DNA from: Glaciecola sp.
GTDB lineage: Bacteria > Pseudomonadota > Gammaproteobacteria > Enterobacterales > Alteromonadaceae
NCBI GenBank assembly: GCA_047621065.1
Contig: JBLHMY010000001.1
Location: forward strand, 1-33,339
Length of the DNA: 33,339 nucleotides
Reading direction: 5' to 3'
Shown here piece by piece: positions 10,130-20,813 of the stretch (positions are counted from its first letter, which is position 1; every line of letters begins with the position of its first letter). The position numbers were made by a program, and so were the translations under genes. Below the pieces are notes generated by a model, which was not told the origin of the DNA, did no database searches, and saw only the letters and a list, made by a program, of their open reading frames with translations.

Positions 10130-10237
10130 TTTTCACTAATTTTATAAATAAAGAAGAAGAATAGACTATGTACTTGCGCTATTCAACAAGCCAGTAAGCT
10201 ATTGGTATTTTAACCATGATTAGCAACAGCTGCACAG

Positions 10238-11131
10238 CTACACAATATTTTTACGATTTCGCCAGCGCCCAGGGCTTACTTTATTGAGTTGCTTAAATCG
10301 GTGCGCAAAACCTGCGCAGTCAGCATAGCCGACCGTATCAGCAATTTGCTCTAAATTATAGTTTGTATAGCGAAGCAAATAGCCTGCGTAATCCATTCGG
10401 CTTTGCGTCAGTAATTTCATTGGGGTTTTGCCCGTTTCTTTTTTACATAGCCGGTAAAATTGCGGCTCTGACATGTGCATTTCAGCAGCCAGCGCAGCAA
10501 CATTCCAAGGTAGTTTTAGCTGCTTATTAACGCGTCGAATCAAGGCTTGAAAACGCTGCTGTTTTGCATTTTGTTCCGGTGCTTTTTTCAGCGTTTGTTC
10601 AATCTGGTAAAGCAACACTTCTATGAGTCTAAGCTTAATGTCTGGCTGATAGTGACCATCACTATGGTCAACATCCCTGAGCAAAGACATGATTTGATAG
10701 ATTAAGGACGCATTGTCACTTTTCCATATACCAGCATCGAGCTGATGAATAAATTGATATTCTGGGCAGTCATGAAGCAGCAGCCAACACATGTCCCAAT
10801 GATCGCCGTTGAGTTCATACAAAAAGGGAGTCCCTGCAGGTAACAGCATGATTGTGCTAGGAGAAACGGTGTGTTGCCCATTTTCAAGATGTAGTTTTGC
10901 GCCACCTGATTTGGTTGAAATTAAGTAATGGACATAAATACTGTCGTGTTCATTATTCTCAAAAACCTCGCCTTTACCGGCTCTACCAATTCTATATTTA
11001 GTTTGTAAAGATGATACCCCAGCATAAGCAATGAAGGCCTTTCCCTTGCCCGGAAGCAATTCAAAGTTGAAAGAATCTTCCTTGCAACTGGGATCTATAT
11101 CGAGTACATCTTGCCACATGCTTTTATCCAA
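10238..11131 (-). CDS. AraC family transcriptional regulator
   Basis: C-terminal double HTH (WNVAALAAEMHMSEPQFYRLCK...LEQIADTVGYAD..GFAHRFK...SPGRWR) and a cupin-like N-terminal domain. Start is TTG 11131 or ATG 11119. Confidence 0.92.
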   Translation of the reverse strand: MDKSMWQDVLDIDPSCKEDSFNFELLPGKGKAFIAYAGVSSLQTKYRIGRAGKGEVFENNEHDSIYVHYLISTKSGGAKLHLENGQHTVSPSTIMLLPAGTPFLYELNGDHWDMCWLLLHDCPEYQFIHQLDAGIWKSDNASLIYQIMSLLRDVDHSDGHYQPDIKLRLIEVLLYQIEQTLKKAPEQNAKQQRFQALIRRVNKQLKLPWNVAALAAEMHMSEPQFYRLCKKETGKTPMKLLTQSRMDYAGYLLRYTNYNLEQIADTVGYADCAGFAHRFKQLNKVSPGRWRNRKNIV

Positions 11132-11133
11132 AA

Positions 11134-11172
11134 ATGATAGTTTCAGACATCATACATGATATTCATAAAGAT
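11134..11172. promoter_or_regulatory. Putative tandem AraC-family binding sites upstream of the MATE gene
   Basis: Direct repeats ATGATAgtttcagacAT (11134-11150) and ATGATAttcataaagAT (11156-11172), 22-bp periodicity, in the divergent intergenic region. Confidence 0.45.
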
Positions 11173-11247
11173 GTTTATTTGTTCAGCTTCCTATAAAATG
11201 CCGATATATGAATATTACGCAATCTTTAAGGAGTATTTTTAAGCAAC

Positions 11248-12630
11248 ATGCAAACTAACAGCTCTTCAACACTTCGACAAAGCCTTAACCTTGCCTGGCC
11301 TATTTCGCTACAAAGTATCTTAGTAACTATGTTAGGTATGAGCGATATTATGATGGTGGGTCATTTAGGTGATGAAGCTGTTGCGTCGGTAGGACTAGGT
11401 AACCGCATCGTGTTTGTAATATTAATCATTTTATCTGGTCTTGCAGCTGGCGTAGGCGTCTTATCTGCACAGTATTATGGTGCGGGTAAGAGCGAACAAA
11501 TAAGTCCTGTTATTATAAAGACGCTGGTGATTGGTGCTGCCGTAATGTTGCCTTTGGTTTTACTAACCTTTGCCTTTGGTGATCTTATGATTGGCTTAGG
11601 TACCACCGACCCAACAATTATTACAACTGGCAAAGAATATTTGTGGGTTGCCATGCCAAGCTTAGTCTTTATTGTAGTCGTCATTGTTTTTGAAAATGCC
11701 CTGCGTGGTTTCGGACAAGTCCGCCTTCCTATGGCGCTTGGCAGTATTGCTATCCTTATCAACATTGTGCTTAATTATTGGTTAATTAATGGTGGTTTAG
11801 GTATAGACGCCCTCGGTGTAGTAGGCGCCGCGTGGGCAACCTTTATTGCCAGAGGAATTCATGCGCTGCTAATCGTATTCTATTTAGCAAAAGCCAAGCA
11901 TGTGGTTTTTCCTCGTTATTGTAACTGCGAACAATTTTATAATAAGGAACAATGGGGTCATTTAATAAAATTGGTGTGGCCCATTATGCTTAGCTTTGGC
12001 GTGTGGTCTCTAGGCACATTTGTATACCAGCTCATATATGGCCGTATGGGTACTCAAGAACTAGCGGTAATGAGTTTAATGGCGCCGCTAGAGGGTTTAC
12101 TCATTTCCTTCTTCTTTGGTTTTGCTTCTGCCTGTTCTATTATGGTTGGTCAGCGACTTGGGCAAGACGCATTCGATGATGCATGGTCGGTTGCACGTGG
12201 GTTCGCTATTGGTGCACCCATCGTAACTTTTTTCTTGGCCTTGGTGATGTTGAGTCTAGAACCTTTGGTATTCATGCCTTTTTCTAATCTGAATCAGGAA
12301 ACATTGTCTGTTGCCCATGATGTTTTTTTAATAATTATTTTTGGTACCTGCATCAAGGTCTTTAATATGACAACTTCAATGGGTATTTTACGCGCGGGAG
12401 GTGACAATAAACACTGCATGTTTATTGATATTTCGGGTATGTGGATAGTGGGTATTCCACTAACCTTCTTGGCCGCTTTTTATTTTTCTTTACCCATTTA
12501 TTGGGTGGTATTAATTACTTATTCAGAAGAAATTGTAAAGTCAGTTTTGTTTGTTTTTCGAATGAGAGAAAGGCATTGGTTGCGTAACCTAACGACACAT
12601 AAATCTGACGTTGTTTCAAACTCGCAATAA
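11248..12630 (+). CDS. MATE family efflux transporter
   Basis: LAWPI..Q...D..MVGHLG..AVASVGL, AQYYGA, LRGFG...PM, GQRLG, ILRAGGD; about 12 hydrophobic segments; AAGGAG upstream. Confidence 0.93.
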   Translation: MQTNSSSTLRQSLNLAWPISLQSILVTMLGMSDIMMVGHLGDEAVASVGLGNRIVFVILIILSGLAAGVGVLSAQYYGAGKSEQISPVIIKTLVIGAAVMLPLVLLTFAFGDLMIGLGTTDPTIITTGKEYLWVAMPSLVFIVVVIVFENALRGFGQVRLPMALGSIAILINIVLNYWLINGGLGIDALGVVGAAWATFIARGIHALLIVFYLAKAKHVVFPRYCNCEQFYNKEQWGHLIKLVWPIMLSFGVWSLGTFVYQLIYGRMGTQELAVMSLMAPLEGLLISFFFGFASACSIMVGQRLGQDAFDDAWSVARGFAIGAPIVTFFLALVMLSLEPLVFMPFSNLNQETLSVAHDVFLIIIFGTCIKVFNMTTSMGILRAGGDNKHCMFIDISGMWIVGIPLTFLAAFYFSLPIYWVVLITYSEEIVKSVLFVFRMRERHWLRNLTTHKSDVVSNSQ

Positions 12631-12750
12631 CGGTAACAATTAAGCCATTAAAAAGTTGCATTGCCTCCTTTAGGATTGTCAAATACGCAATGTGCCTTAA
12701 AACAGCTTTGCCGATGTATAGCATTCAAAAGATTTGGATAAAAAAACTTT

Positions 12751-12942
12751 ATGGGAAAGCTGCAAAGAAAGCGCCAACTAAAACACTGTGATAGCTGCCT
12801 AAAAAGTGAGCCTGTACTGTATCGGATAAAAGTTCAACTGCAAGACCCATGGGTTTTTATGTGTTCTACCTGTCAATCGCAGGTAAAAACCCAGCCATCA
12901 TATAGATACGGTGGTACCTGGAAACAAAACAAACGCAATTAA
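12751..12942 (+). CDS. Small basic putative zinc-ribbon protein (CxxC...CxxC, C-terminal YRYGGTWK)
   Basis: 63-aa ORF with two CxxC pairs, LYR and W..C..C, followed directly by a strong terminator. Confidence 0.65.
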   Translation: MGKLQRKRQLKHCDSCLKSEPVLYRIKVQLQDPWVFMCSTCQSQVKTQPSYRYGGTWKQNKRN

Positions 12943-12946
12943 ATGA

Positions 12947-12971
12947 AAAAGCCTGCTTAGAGCAGGCTTTT
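12947..12971. terminator. Bidirectional intrinsic terminator
   Basis: AAAAGCCTGCT-tag-AGCAGGCTTTT perfect hairpin with A/T tails, between convergent genes. Confidence 0.88.
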
Positions 12972-13029
12972 CTGTAGTAGCACACGTGCGCTAATAACGC
13001 CTATCTCGGTACACCCTCAATTTGTTAGG

Positions 13030-14472
13030 TTAACCATGCACAGCAGCAAACCCAGGCTCACCATTAAAATCATACAAATTCTCAGTTTTTACTACATCAA
13101 ACTTCGCCTTGTGCAAGCGAGTTTGTAATGCCAACACTTCACTAAAACTGAGATGCTTATTAGGCGACATAAAACGGCAGCGCCAGTGATCTACACAATA
13201 TGTTTCAGGAAAGCCTTCGGGCCATACTTTAACGCCCCGATTAGTTATTAGCTCTAAGACTAAATCGTTACTACCAAATGTCTTTAAACTTTCGCCTAGT
13301 AATGTGGGCTCTCCTTTTTGCCACTGCAAGAAAACATCAATTCCTACCAACTCTTTTTTACACGGCTCTTTATGACTAACTGGAGGCAAAACAAGCGGTT
13401 TGCTGTTAGCATATGAGGGCGCGCTTAGGTGCTTGGGTGATTGTCCTAGTGTGGCTATAATTTCATCTGCGAACTCACTCGTTCCCATCAACCTTACGCT
13501 ATTACCTTCACGATATACATCGGCGGTATGTAACCCTTTTTCTAAGGTTACGAGCCATGCATGATGAATTTTTTCTGCCACATCGTTTTGCCCAATATGC
13601 ACAAGCATTTGTATAGCACCATGTAAAAGCGCTGAAGGGTTTGCAATATTACGCCCGGCAATATCGGGGGCTGAACCATGAATAGCCTCAAACATTGCAC
13701 ATTGGTCGCCTATATTAGCAGAACCAGCCATGCCAACCGAACCCGCAATTTGGGCTGCAATATCAGAAATAATGTCACCATACAAATTAGGCATTACTAG
13801 CACGTCAAAATCTTCGGGCGTGTCGGCAACCCTTGCCGCACCAATATCTACTATCATAGAGTCGTGCTGAATATCGGGATACTCGGCCCCAATGTCCTTA
13901 AATACTTGATGGAACAAACCGTCGGTAAGCTTCATTATATTATCTTTGACGAAGCACGTTACGCGTTTACGATTTTGCTGTTTTGCATATTCAAAAGCAT
14001 AACGCACAATACGTTCGCAGCCCGGACGGGTGATTAGCTTCAAACACTGAAATACTTCTTCGGTTTGACGATGCTCTATACCCGCATATAAGTCTTCTTC
14101 ATTCTCGCGCACAATAACCAAATTCATCTTGGGATGTTTAGTTGTCACAAACGGTGCATAAGCAATACATGGGCGAACATTTGCATAAAGGCCTAAGGCT
14201 TTGCGCATACTTACATTTAAACTTTTATAGCCGCCACCCTGAGGCGTAGTAATAGGAGCTTTTAAAAACACTTGGGTCCTGCGCAACGACTCCCACGAAC
14301 TGGCTTCAATACCATTTTTTTGACCAGTTAAGTAGACTTTCTCACCAATATCAATGGTTTCAGGGGCAATACTTGCGCCGGCCGCATCTAGTATTTTTAG
14401 CGTTGCTTGCATAATTTCGGGGCCAATACCATCGCCATAAGCCACAGTAATAGGAACAGGTTTACTCGTCAT
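13030..14472 (-). CDS. icd: Isocitrate dehydrogenase, long C-terminal (Rickettsia/alphaproteobacterial-type) form
   Basis: GDGIGPEI, KAPITTPQGGGYKSLNV, RENEEDLY, KDNIMK, NLYGDIISD, FEAIHGSAPDIAG, plus C-terminal extension LVGIDVF...ITNRGVKVWP...DHWRCRF...KTENLY. Confidence 0.93.
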   Translation of the reverse strand: MTSKPVPITVAYGDGIGPEIMQATLKILDAAGASIAPETIDIGEKVYLTGQKNGIEASSWESLRRTQVFLKAPITTPQGGGYKSLNVSMRKALGLYANVRPCIAYAPFVTTKHPKMNLVIVRENEEDLYAGIEHRQTEEVFQCLKLITRPGCERIVRYAFEYAKQQNRKRVTCFVKDNIMKLTDGLFHQVFKDIGAEYPDIQHDSMIVDIGAARVADTPEDFDVLVMPNLYGDIISDIAAQIAGSVGMAGSANIGDQCAMFEAIHGSAPDIAGRNIANPSALLHGAIQMLVHIGQNDVAEKIHHAWLVTLEKGLHTADVYREGNSVRLMGTSEFADEIIATLGQSPKHLSAPSYANSKPLVLPPVSHKEPCKKELVGIDVFLQWQKGEPTLLGESLKTFGSNDLVLELITNRGVKVWPEGFPETYCVDHWRCRFMSPNKHLSFSEVLALQTRLHKAKFDVVKTENLYDFNGEPGFAAVHG

Positions 14473-14657
14473 AACAACTCCATATTTAATAAAATACCCT
14501 AGTAAAAAAAGGGACTACATAACCAAACAGTGCAATTTACCAAGGGTGAAAACATATTGATAACCACGTGGAAATTGCTTCGATGCAGCATTGTAATGAT
14601 ATAATATATTTGTAATAATAGATTTATGCACAATCTAACATCTATAAAAGCAAATAC

Positions 14658-15584
14658 ATGAGCTGGACTCGTCGACTACATACTAGACAAACCACCTTTC
14701 GCCAATTAGAAATATTTATGGCAGTGGCGGAGCATGCTAGCGTAACCTTGGCAGCTAAGGCGCTGCATTTAGCCCAACCAACAGTGTCTACGCAAATTGC
14801 AAAACTTGCAGCTTCACTGGAGTGCAAGTTATTCGAACTTGTTTCCAAGAAGCTATATATAACTGATACAGGTCAAGAAGTACTTAATGCCACGCGAGAA
14901 CTGTTTGCCGTTATGGACAATTTAGAAGCTCGCTTGGCTATGCGTGCTGGTTTATCTGTAGGGCATTTACGCATAAGCGTGGTAACAACGGCGAAGTATT
15001 TAATACCTCATTGGTTAGGTGAGTTTTGCCAGCAACATCCGAATATTGAACCTGAATTTCAAATTGGAAATAGAGCCGAAATTATCCAGCGGCTCAAGCA
15101 AAATTTAGACGATTTATATGTATTTAGTAACCCTCCGCGAGAGCTGGAGATTAAAGCCGACTTTTTAACGCAAAACCCGCTTGTAGTTATTGCTAAACAA
15201 GACCATAAATTAAAAGACAAGCGCAACATCAAATGGAATGAGCTGCATAATGAACGACTGCTTATGCGCGAAAACGGCTCTGGCACCCGCTTTGCGATTG
15301 AAGCATTCTTTAGAGATAATAAGCTAAGAATGCAAAATCCGATTACCATCGCCAGCAACGAAGCAATTAAAGAATCGGTAATGGCAGGTTTAGGTATTGC
15401 AATTGTAAGTCGTCATGCCCTAAACCATATGGCACCGGGTAATTTAATTGAATTAGCTGTAGAAGACTTTCCTATTCCAAACAGCTGGTATTGGGTACTG
15501 CCCAAAGGAAAACATACGTCTAGCGCAGCCAGCGCGTTTCAAACTCACGTAAACCTTAGACTACGTGAACAAGCAACGCTATGA
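14658..15584 (+). CDS. LysR family regulator, CbbR/CmpR-like subfamily
   Basis: TFRQLEIF...AAKALHLAQPTVSTQI HTH; LRISVVTTAKY..P..LGEF, NR..I..RL..NLDDL, RENGSGTR, SNEAIKESVMAGLGIAIVSRH are CbbR-type signatures. Confidence 0.88.
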   Translation: MSWTRRLHTRQTTFRQLEIFMAVAEHASVTLAAKALHLAQPTVSTQIAKLAASLECKLFELVSKKLYITDTGQEVLNATRELFAVMDNLEARLAMRAGLSVGHLRISVVTTAKYLIPHWLGEFCQQHPNIEPEFQIGNRAEIIQRLKQNLDDLYVFSNPPRELEIKADFLTQNPLVVIAKQDHKLKDKRNIKWNELHNERLLMRENGSGTRFAIEAFFRDNKLRMQNPITIASNEAIKESVMAGLGIAIVSRHALNHMAPGNLIELAVEDFPIPNSWYWVLPKGKHTSSAASAFQTHVNLRLREQATL

Positions 15585-15615
15585 GTTTTATCTAATTGGT
15601 GATTGGATTTCATAA

Positions 15616-18387
15616 TTACAGCGCGTTTATGGCTTCTACTTGCTCTTCAATTTTCTGAAGCTGCATTTGAGCATCAGCCAACTTCGCTTTTTCTTTGTCA
15701 ATCACAACCACAGGAGCTTTGCTAACAAAGTTTTCATTGCCTAATTTACCTTGGGTGCGCTTCACTTCACCTTGTAATTTATCGGCTGCTTTGCTTAGAC
15801 GAACTAATTCGGCATTCTTGTCGATAAGTCCGGCCATGGGTATCATTATCTCCATTTCCCCTACAAATGCAGTGGCAGATGCTGGAGGAGTTGTTCCCGG
15901 TACTATAATTTCGATAGACTCTAGTTTAGCTAACAAGGTTAGATACTCAAGGCTGTCACTTAAGCGTGTTTTGTCTTTGTTGCTTGTATTATTAAGAAAT
16001 ACAGGCAATTTTTTAGAAGGCGCTATATCCATTTCACCGCGTATATTTCTGATACCCACTACAAATGCTTTTACCCACTCTATATCAGCTTCAGATTGTA
16101 AGTTTTTGCGCGTTAAATCAACCACCGGAAATACATCAGACATAATACTTTTGACTTCGCTAGTATTGTCCGAAAGCGGCTTAATTTTTTGCCATATTTC
16201 ATCGGTAATAAAAGGCATTATTGGGTGTAATACACGCATTAAATGTTCTAGTACATTAATCAGTGTATGCCGAGTCCCACGTTTTTCGGCTTGCGTACTA
16301 GTGCTTGAATTTAGTACCGCTTTAGAAAGTTCTAAATACCAATCGCAAAACTGATTCCATGTGAACTCATATAAGTTTTGTGAAGCAATATCGAACCGGT
16401 ATTGCCCAATGGCGCTTTCAACGCTTTGCAAAGTATCTTGGAAGCTTGACCAAATCCATTCATCAAACACACTTAATTTAAGTTCGCCGCCGCTATTACC
16501 GGTATCAAACTCTTCTGTGTTCATTAATACAAAACGTGTAGCATTCCAAATTTTATTACAAAAGTTTCGATAACCTTCTACCCTGCCCATATCAAAATTA
16601 ATATCTCGGCTGGTAGAGGCCATAGAGGTAAAGGTAAATCTAAGTGCATCTGTACCGTAGGCATCAATTCCGTCGGCGAATTGCTTACGCGTGGCTTTTT
16701 CTATTTTCTTAGCATCTTTTGGATTCATCATCCCACTGGTACGCTTTTGAACTAATGGTTCTAACTCAATCCCGTCTATTAAATCGATGGGGTCAAGCAC
16801 GTTACCTTTTGATTTTGACATTTTATCGCCGTTTTCATCTCGAATAAGGCCGGTAATATAGATTTCTTTAAACGGTATTTTACCTGTAAATTTTTTGGTC
16901 ATCATAACCATTCTGGCAACCCAAAAAAAGATAATGTCAAAGCCTGTTACCAACACCGAGCTGGGCACAAATGTTTCTAATTCTGGTGTTTTGTTAGGCC
17001 ATCCCATAGTGGCAAAAGGCCATAAAGCAGATGAAAACCATGTATCAAGTACATCGTCGTCTTGTCTTAAAGAGACGGCATCACTTAGTTTATGTTTAGC
17101 GCGAACGTCTTGTTCGTTTTTACCTACATAAATCTTACCTTGCTCATCAAACCAAGCCGGTATGCGATGTCCCCACCATAGTTGACGAGAAATACACCAG
17201 TCTTGAATATTGTTCATCCATTGATAGTAAGTTTTGTTCCAGTTTTCAGGAATAAATTTTATTTCTCCAGATTCAACCACCGCAATGGCTGGTTTTGCAA
17301 GAGATTCAACCGCAACATACCATTGGTCTGTAAGGTAGGGTTCAATCACCACACCAGAACGATCGCCACGGGGGACTTTTAATTTATGCGGTTTAACCTC
17401 AACTAACAGGCCTTGTTCAGTTAAGTCGTCTACAATTTTCTTACGGGCATCAAAACGGTCTAAGCCAACATAAGCTTGTGGTGCTTGGTCGTTAATTTTT
17501 GCATCGTCAGTTAGAATATTGATAATTGGCAAGTTATGACGTTTGCCCATATCGTAATCATTAAAGTCGTGAGCTGGCGTGATTTTCACGCAGCCCGTAC
17601 CAAATTCTGGATCGACGTAGTCGTCGGCAATAATAGGAATTTCTCTTAGGGTAATAGGCAAAATAATGGTTTTACCTATTAATGCTTGATAACGCTCATC
17701 ATCGGGGTGGACCGCAACGGCCGCATCTCCAAGCATCGTTTCTGGCCGTGTAGTCGCCACCACTATGCTGCCGCTACCGTCAGTTAGTTCATAGCGCATG
17801 TGCCACATAGAGCCATCTTCTTCTTCACTAATAACTTCTAAGTCTGACACTGCGGTTAATAATGAAGGGTCCCAGTTAACTAAGCGCTTACCGCGATAAA
17901 TGAGTCCTTCATCATACAAGGTGATGAATACTTCTTGAACCGCCGCAGACAAACTATCGTCCATGGTGAATACTTCTCGTGACCAATCTGGCGATGTGCC
18001 AAGTCGGCGCATTTGCTGGGTAATATTACCGCCCGACTCTTCTTTCCAATCCCAAACTCGTTCAATAAATTTTTCACGCCCTAAATCGTGACGGGTTTGA
18101 CCATTTGCATTAAGCTGACGTTCAACCACCATTTGAGTGGCTATACCTGCGTGGTCTGTGCCCACTTGCCATAAAGTATTATCGCCCTTCATTCTATGAT
18201 AACGGGTAAGCGCATCCATTATGGTGTGCTGAAACGCATGCCCCATATGTAAATTTCCAGTAACATTGGGAGGTGGCAATAAAATACAGTAAGGATCGCC
18301 TTGGCCACTAGGGGCGAACAAGCCTTGTGCTTCCCAATGTTGGTAACAGGCTTGCTCTATCTTATGCGGGTTAAATGTTTTTTCCAT
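15616..18387 (-). CDS. valS: Valine--tRNA ligase
   Basis: [40 protein letters not shown] and a C-terminal coiled coil. ATG at 18387. Confidence 0.99.
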   Translation of the reverse strand: MEKTFNPHKIEQACYQHWEAQGLFAPSGQGDPYCILLPPPNVTGNLHMGHAFQHTIMDALTRYHRMKGDNTLWQVGTDHAGIATQMVVERQLNANGQTRHDLGREKFIERVWDWKEESGGNITQQMRRLGTSPDWSREVFTMDDSLSAAVQEVFITLYDEGLIYRGKRLVNWDPSLLTAVSDLEVISEEEDGSMWHMRYELTDGSGSIVVATTRPETMLGDAAVAVHPDDERYQALIGKTIILPITLREIPIIADDYVDPEFGTGCVKITPAHDFNDYDMGKRHNLPIINILTDDAKINDQAPQAYVGLDRFDARKKIVDDLTEQGLLVEVKPHKLKVPRGDRSGVVIEPYLTDQWYVAVESLAKPAIAVVESGEIKFIPENWNKTYYQWMNNIQDWCISRQLWWGHRIPAWFDEQGKIYVGKNEQDVRAKHKLSDAVSLRQDDDVLDTWFSSALWPFATMGWPNKTPELETFVPSSVLVTGFDIIFFWVARMVMMTKKFTGKIPFKEIYITGLIRDENGDKMSKSKGNVLDPIDLIDGIELEPLVQKRTSGMMNPKDAKKIEKATRKQFADGIDAYGTDALRFTFTSMASTSRDINFDMGRVEGYRNFCNKIWNATRFVLMNTEEFDTGNSGGELKLSVFDEWIWSSFQDTLQSVESAIGQYRFDIASQNLYEFTWNQFCDWYLELSKAVLNSSTSTQAEKRGTRHTLINVLEHLMRVLHPIMPFITDEIWQKIKPLSDNTSEVKSIMSDVFPVVDLTRKNLQSEADIEWVKAFVVGIRNIRGEMDIAPSKKLPVFLNNTSNKDKTRLSDSLEYLTLLAKLESIEIIVPGTTPPASATAFVGEMEIMIPMAGLIDKNAELVRLSKAADKLQGEVKRTQGKLGNENFVSKAPVVVIDKEKAKLADAQMQLQKIEEQVEAINAL

Positions 18388-18466
18388 CAATGTACTCTTT
18401 CAAATATGTTCAATCAAAAATGAGGCTTAATCGTAATAAGCTACTTAGTATTCTAGCTGTTTATCT

Positions 18467-18982
18467 TCAGGCGCTCTTATATTCTAGCCTGAGGCCCGCT
18501 TGCTTATATCGTTTATAACGCTCTCGCGCTTGCACTTTGTCGTTTTCATTAACAGGTACAAAATCAATAATGTGATTTATATTGTTTGTGTTTTCTATGT
18601 ACTGCTGCGATAAATTAATTACCACTGCCGTGTTTCTTAGTTTAGTCATACTTAAAAACGCAGAGTGCCAAATAATCTCAACAGGAGTGCCCATGTCCGG
18701 ACCTTCCCCGTATAAATTATGAGGTATAAACTTATTGGCAGGAAATTGCCAAATTAGGTCATCAAACGATTCAGCTTGCGTTTGAGTGGCACATAGAACA
18801 GTAACTTTTTTGCGGGTAGCAACATAATTAATCAACAAATCGGCTGCCATCGCCAACTCGGTTGCGAGCTCTGGCTCATTGGCAATTTCGGCAGTTGTAT
18901 CAACAACGCTATTATAGGCGCCTTTCTCAGCGCCAACACTTACGGTTACTTGGGTTATTGCATAAAAAGTGACTAAAGCCAT
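18467..18982 (-). CDS. holC: DNA polymerase III chi subunit
   Basis: VTFY, DDLIWQFP..FIPHNL.GEGP..G.PVEI, IIDFVP, ARERYKRYK..G; lies between pepA and valS. Confidence 0.92.
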   Translation of the reverse strand: MALVTFYAITQVTVSVGAEKGAYNSVVDTTAEIANEPELATELAMAADLLINYVATRKKVTVLCATQTQAESFDDLIWQFPANKFIPHNLYGEGPDMGTPVEIIWHSAFLSMTKLRNTAVVINLSQQYIENTNNINHIIDFVPVNENDKVQARERYKRYKQAGLRLEYKSA

Positions 18983-19036
18983 TTAAGATTCATTCGCTTA
19001 TGTTGTATTAATTGCTCTTGCATATAAAAAATAGTT

Positions 19037-20542
19037 CTACTCGTCAGTCGCAATATTGGCTTTATTCATTAAAAATTGCGACAGCATAGGCACAGGACGA
19101 CCCGTTGCACCTTTGTTTGCGCCACCCACCCATGCAGTGCCGGCAATATCTAAATGCGCCCATGTATATTTGCGCGTAAATCGAGATAAGAAACAAGCTG
19201 CGGTAATAGTGCCTGCGGGCCTTCCGCCTAAATTCGTCATATCGGCAAACGGACTTTCAATTTGGTCCTGATATTCGTCCCACAACGGCAACCGCCATGC
19301 TTTGTCACTGCTTTGCTCAGAAGCATTTAAAATTTCGTGAGCAAGTGGGTTGTGCTGTGTTAACACCGCCGTTGCATGTTTTCCAAGCGCAATAACACAT
19401 GCACCGGTTAAAGTTGCAATATCAATGACCAACTCTGGATCAAAGCGTTCTACATAAGTGAGCGCATCGCATAACACAAGTCGTCCTTCTGCATCGGTAT
19501 TTAAGACTTCTACCGTTTGCCCGGACATAGTGGTAAGTATATCGCCCGGTCTATACGCATTTGCATCAGGCATATTTTCGCAACCGGCAATAACACCAAT
19601 AATATTAATGGGTAAGTTCAGCTCAGCAACGGTATGCATAACACCTAATACCGATGACGCGCCGCACATGTCATATTTCATTTCATCCATGGCTTCAGCG
19701 CCTTTAATTGAGATACCTCCGCTGTCAAAAGTTAAACCTTTGCCAACTAAAACATAAGGTTTGTCACCTTCAGCGCCACCTTTATGATGAATAATAGACA
19801 TTATCGATTCGTTAATCGACCCTCTACCTACCGCTAAGTATGTATGCATACCAAGTTTTTCCATAGCGGCTTCATCAATGGTTTCCATTGATAAACTAGC
19901 GTAATTGCTAACTAGCTGTGCTGATTGCTCGTTTAGATATTTAGGATTACATATGTTTGGTGGCATATTGCTAACATCTTTAGCAATTTTTACACCTTTA
20001 CTCACCGCTGTTGCATGCTCAATTGCACGCTCAGCCAATTGCAGGTCTTTGCGGGTAGGCACGTTAAACACCATTTTACGCAATGGACGGCGAGGCTCAC
20101 CTTTTTTGGTTTTTAATTGCAAAAAGCTATATACCGAATCGTTTGCAGCTTCTACTGCTTGGCGAACCTTCCAATAAATATCACGCCCTTTTACATGCAG
20201 TTCGGTCAAAAAACTAACCGCTTCCATTGAGCCTGTTTCGTTGAGTGTTTTAATTGTTTTTGCCACTATCTGCTTGTATTGGCGTTCATTGAGTTCACGC
20301 TCTTTACCGCAACCCACTAATAGCACACGTTCACTCAGTACGTTTGGTACATGATGAAGAAGCAGCATTTGCCCGGCCTTGCCTTCTAAATCGCCGCGAC
20401 GAATCAAGTTGCTAATATAACCTTCGCTTATTTGATCAAGCTGCTCAGCAACGCTAGTCAACCTTCTAGGCTCAAATACACCCACTACTATACATGCACT
20501 TCTTTGTTTTTCTGGGCTGCCGCTTTTTACGCCAAATTCCAT
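19037..20542 (-). CDS. pepA: Cytosol leucyl aminopeptidase PepA
   Basis: [52 protein letters not shown]. Confidence 0.98.
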   Translation of the reverse strand: MEFGVKSGSPEKQRSACIVVGVFEPRRLTSVAEQLDQISEGYISNLIRRGDLEGKAGQMLLLHHVPNVLSERVLLVGCGKERELNERQYKQIVAKTIKTLNETGSMEAVSFLTELHVKGRDIYWKVRQAVEAANDSVYSFLQLKTKKGEPRRPLRKMVFNVPTRKDLQLAERAIEHATAVSKGVKIAKDVSNMPPNICNPKYLNEQSAQLVSNYASLSMETIDEAAMEKLGMHTYLAVGRGSINESIMSIIHHKGGAEGDKPYVLVGKGLTFDSGGISIKGAEAMDEMKYDMCGASSVLGVMHTVAELNLPINIIGVIAGCENMPDANAYRPGDILTTMSGQTVEVLNTDAEGRLVLCDALTYVERFDPELVIDIATLTGACVIALGKHATAVLTQHNPLAHEILNASEQSSDKAWRLPLWDEYQDQIESPFADMTNLGGRPAGTITAACFLSRFTRKYTWAHLDIAGTAWVGGANKGATGRPVPMLSQFLMNKANIATDE

Positions 20543-20813
20543 ATTGTCCCCTTGGGATTATAATTGTTATGCCAACAAGCCTTTTACAGTGTCTATTATT
20601 TCAAGTATAACTGCCGTAAACCTATTAAAAACAGGTAAATGGTGATGTTGCACAAGAAACGCTAACTTTTTATTTTTGCTAAAAAGGTTTGTGTTAAACT
20701 GGCAAAAAAGATTCTGAGTTTTATACAAAACTACTATAAGTACAAAGTTTACTTAAATAACACCAGATTTTCATCAAAAACCGCTATTTTAGTGAAAAAG
20801 ACTTCTATCATAC

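Noticed and set aside
15695-16354. 219-aa + strand ORF and other antisense ORFs inside valS, pepA, plsC, U32, hutH and others
   Set aside because: They lie opposite well-conserved genes, have no recognisable motifs, and are expected codon-bias shadows.
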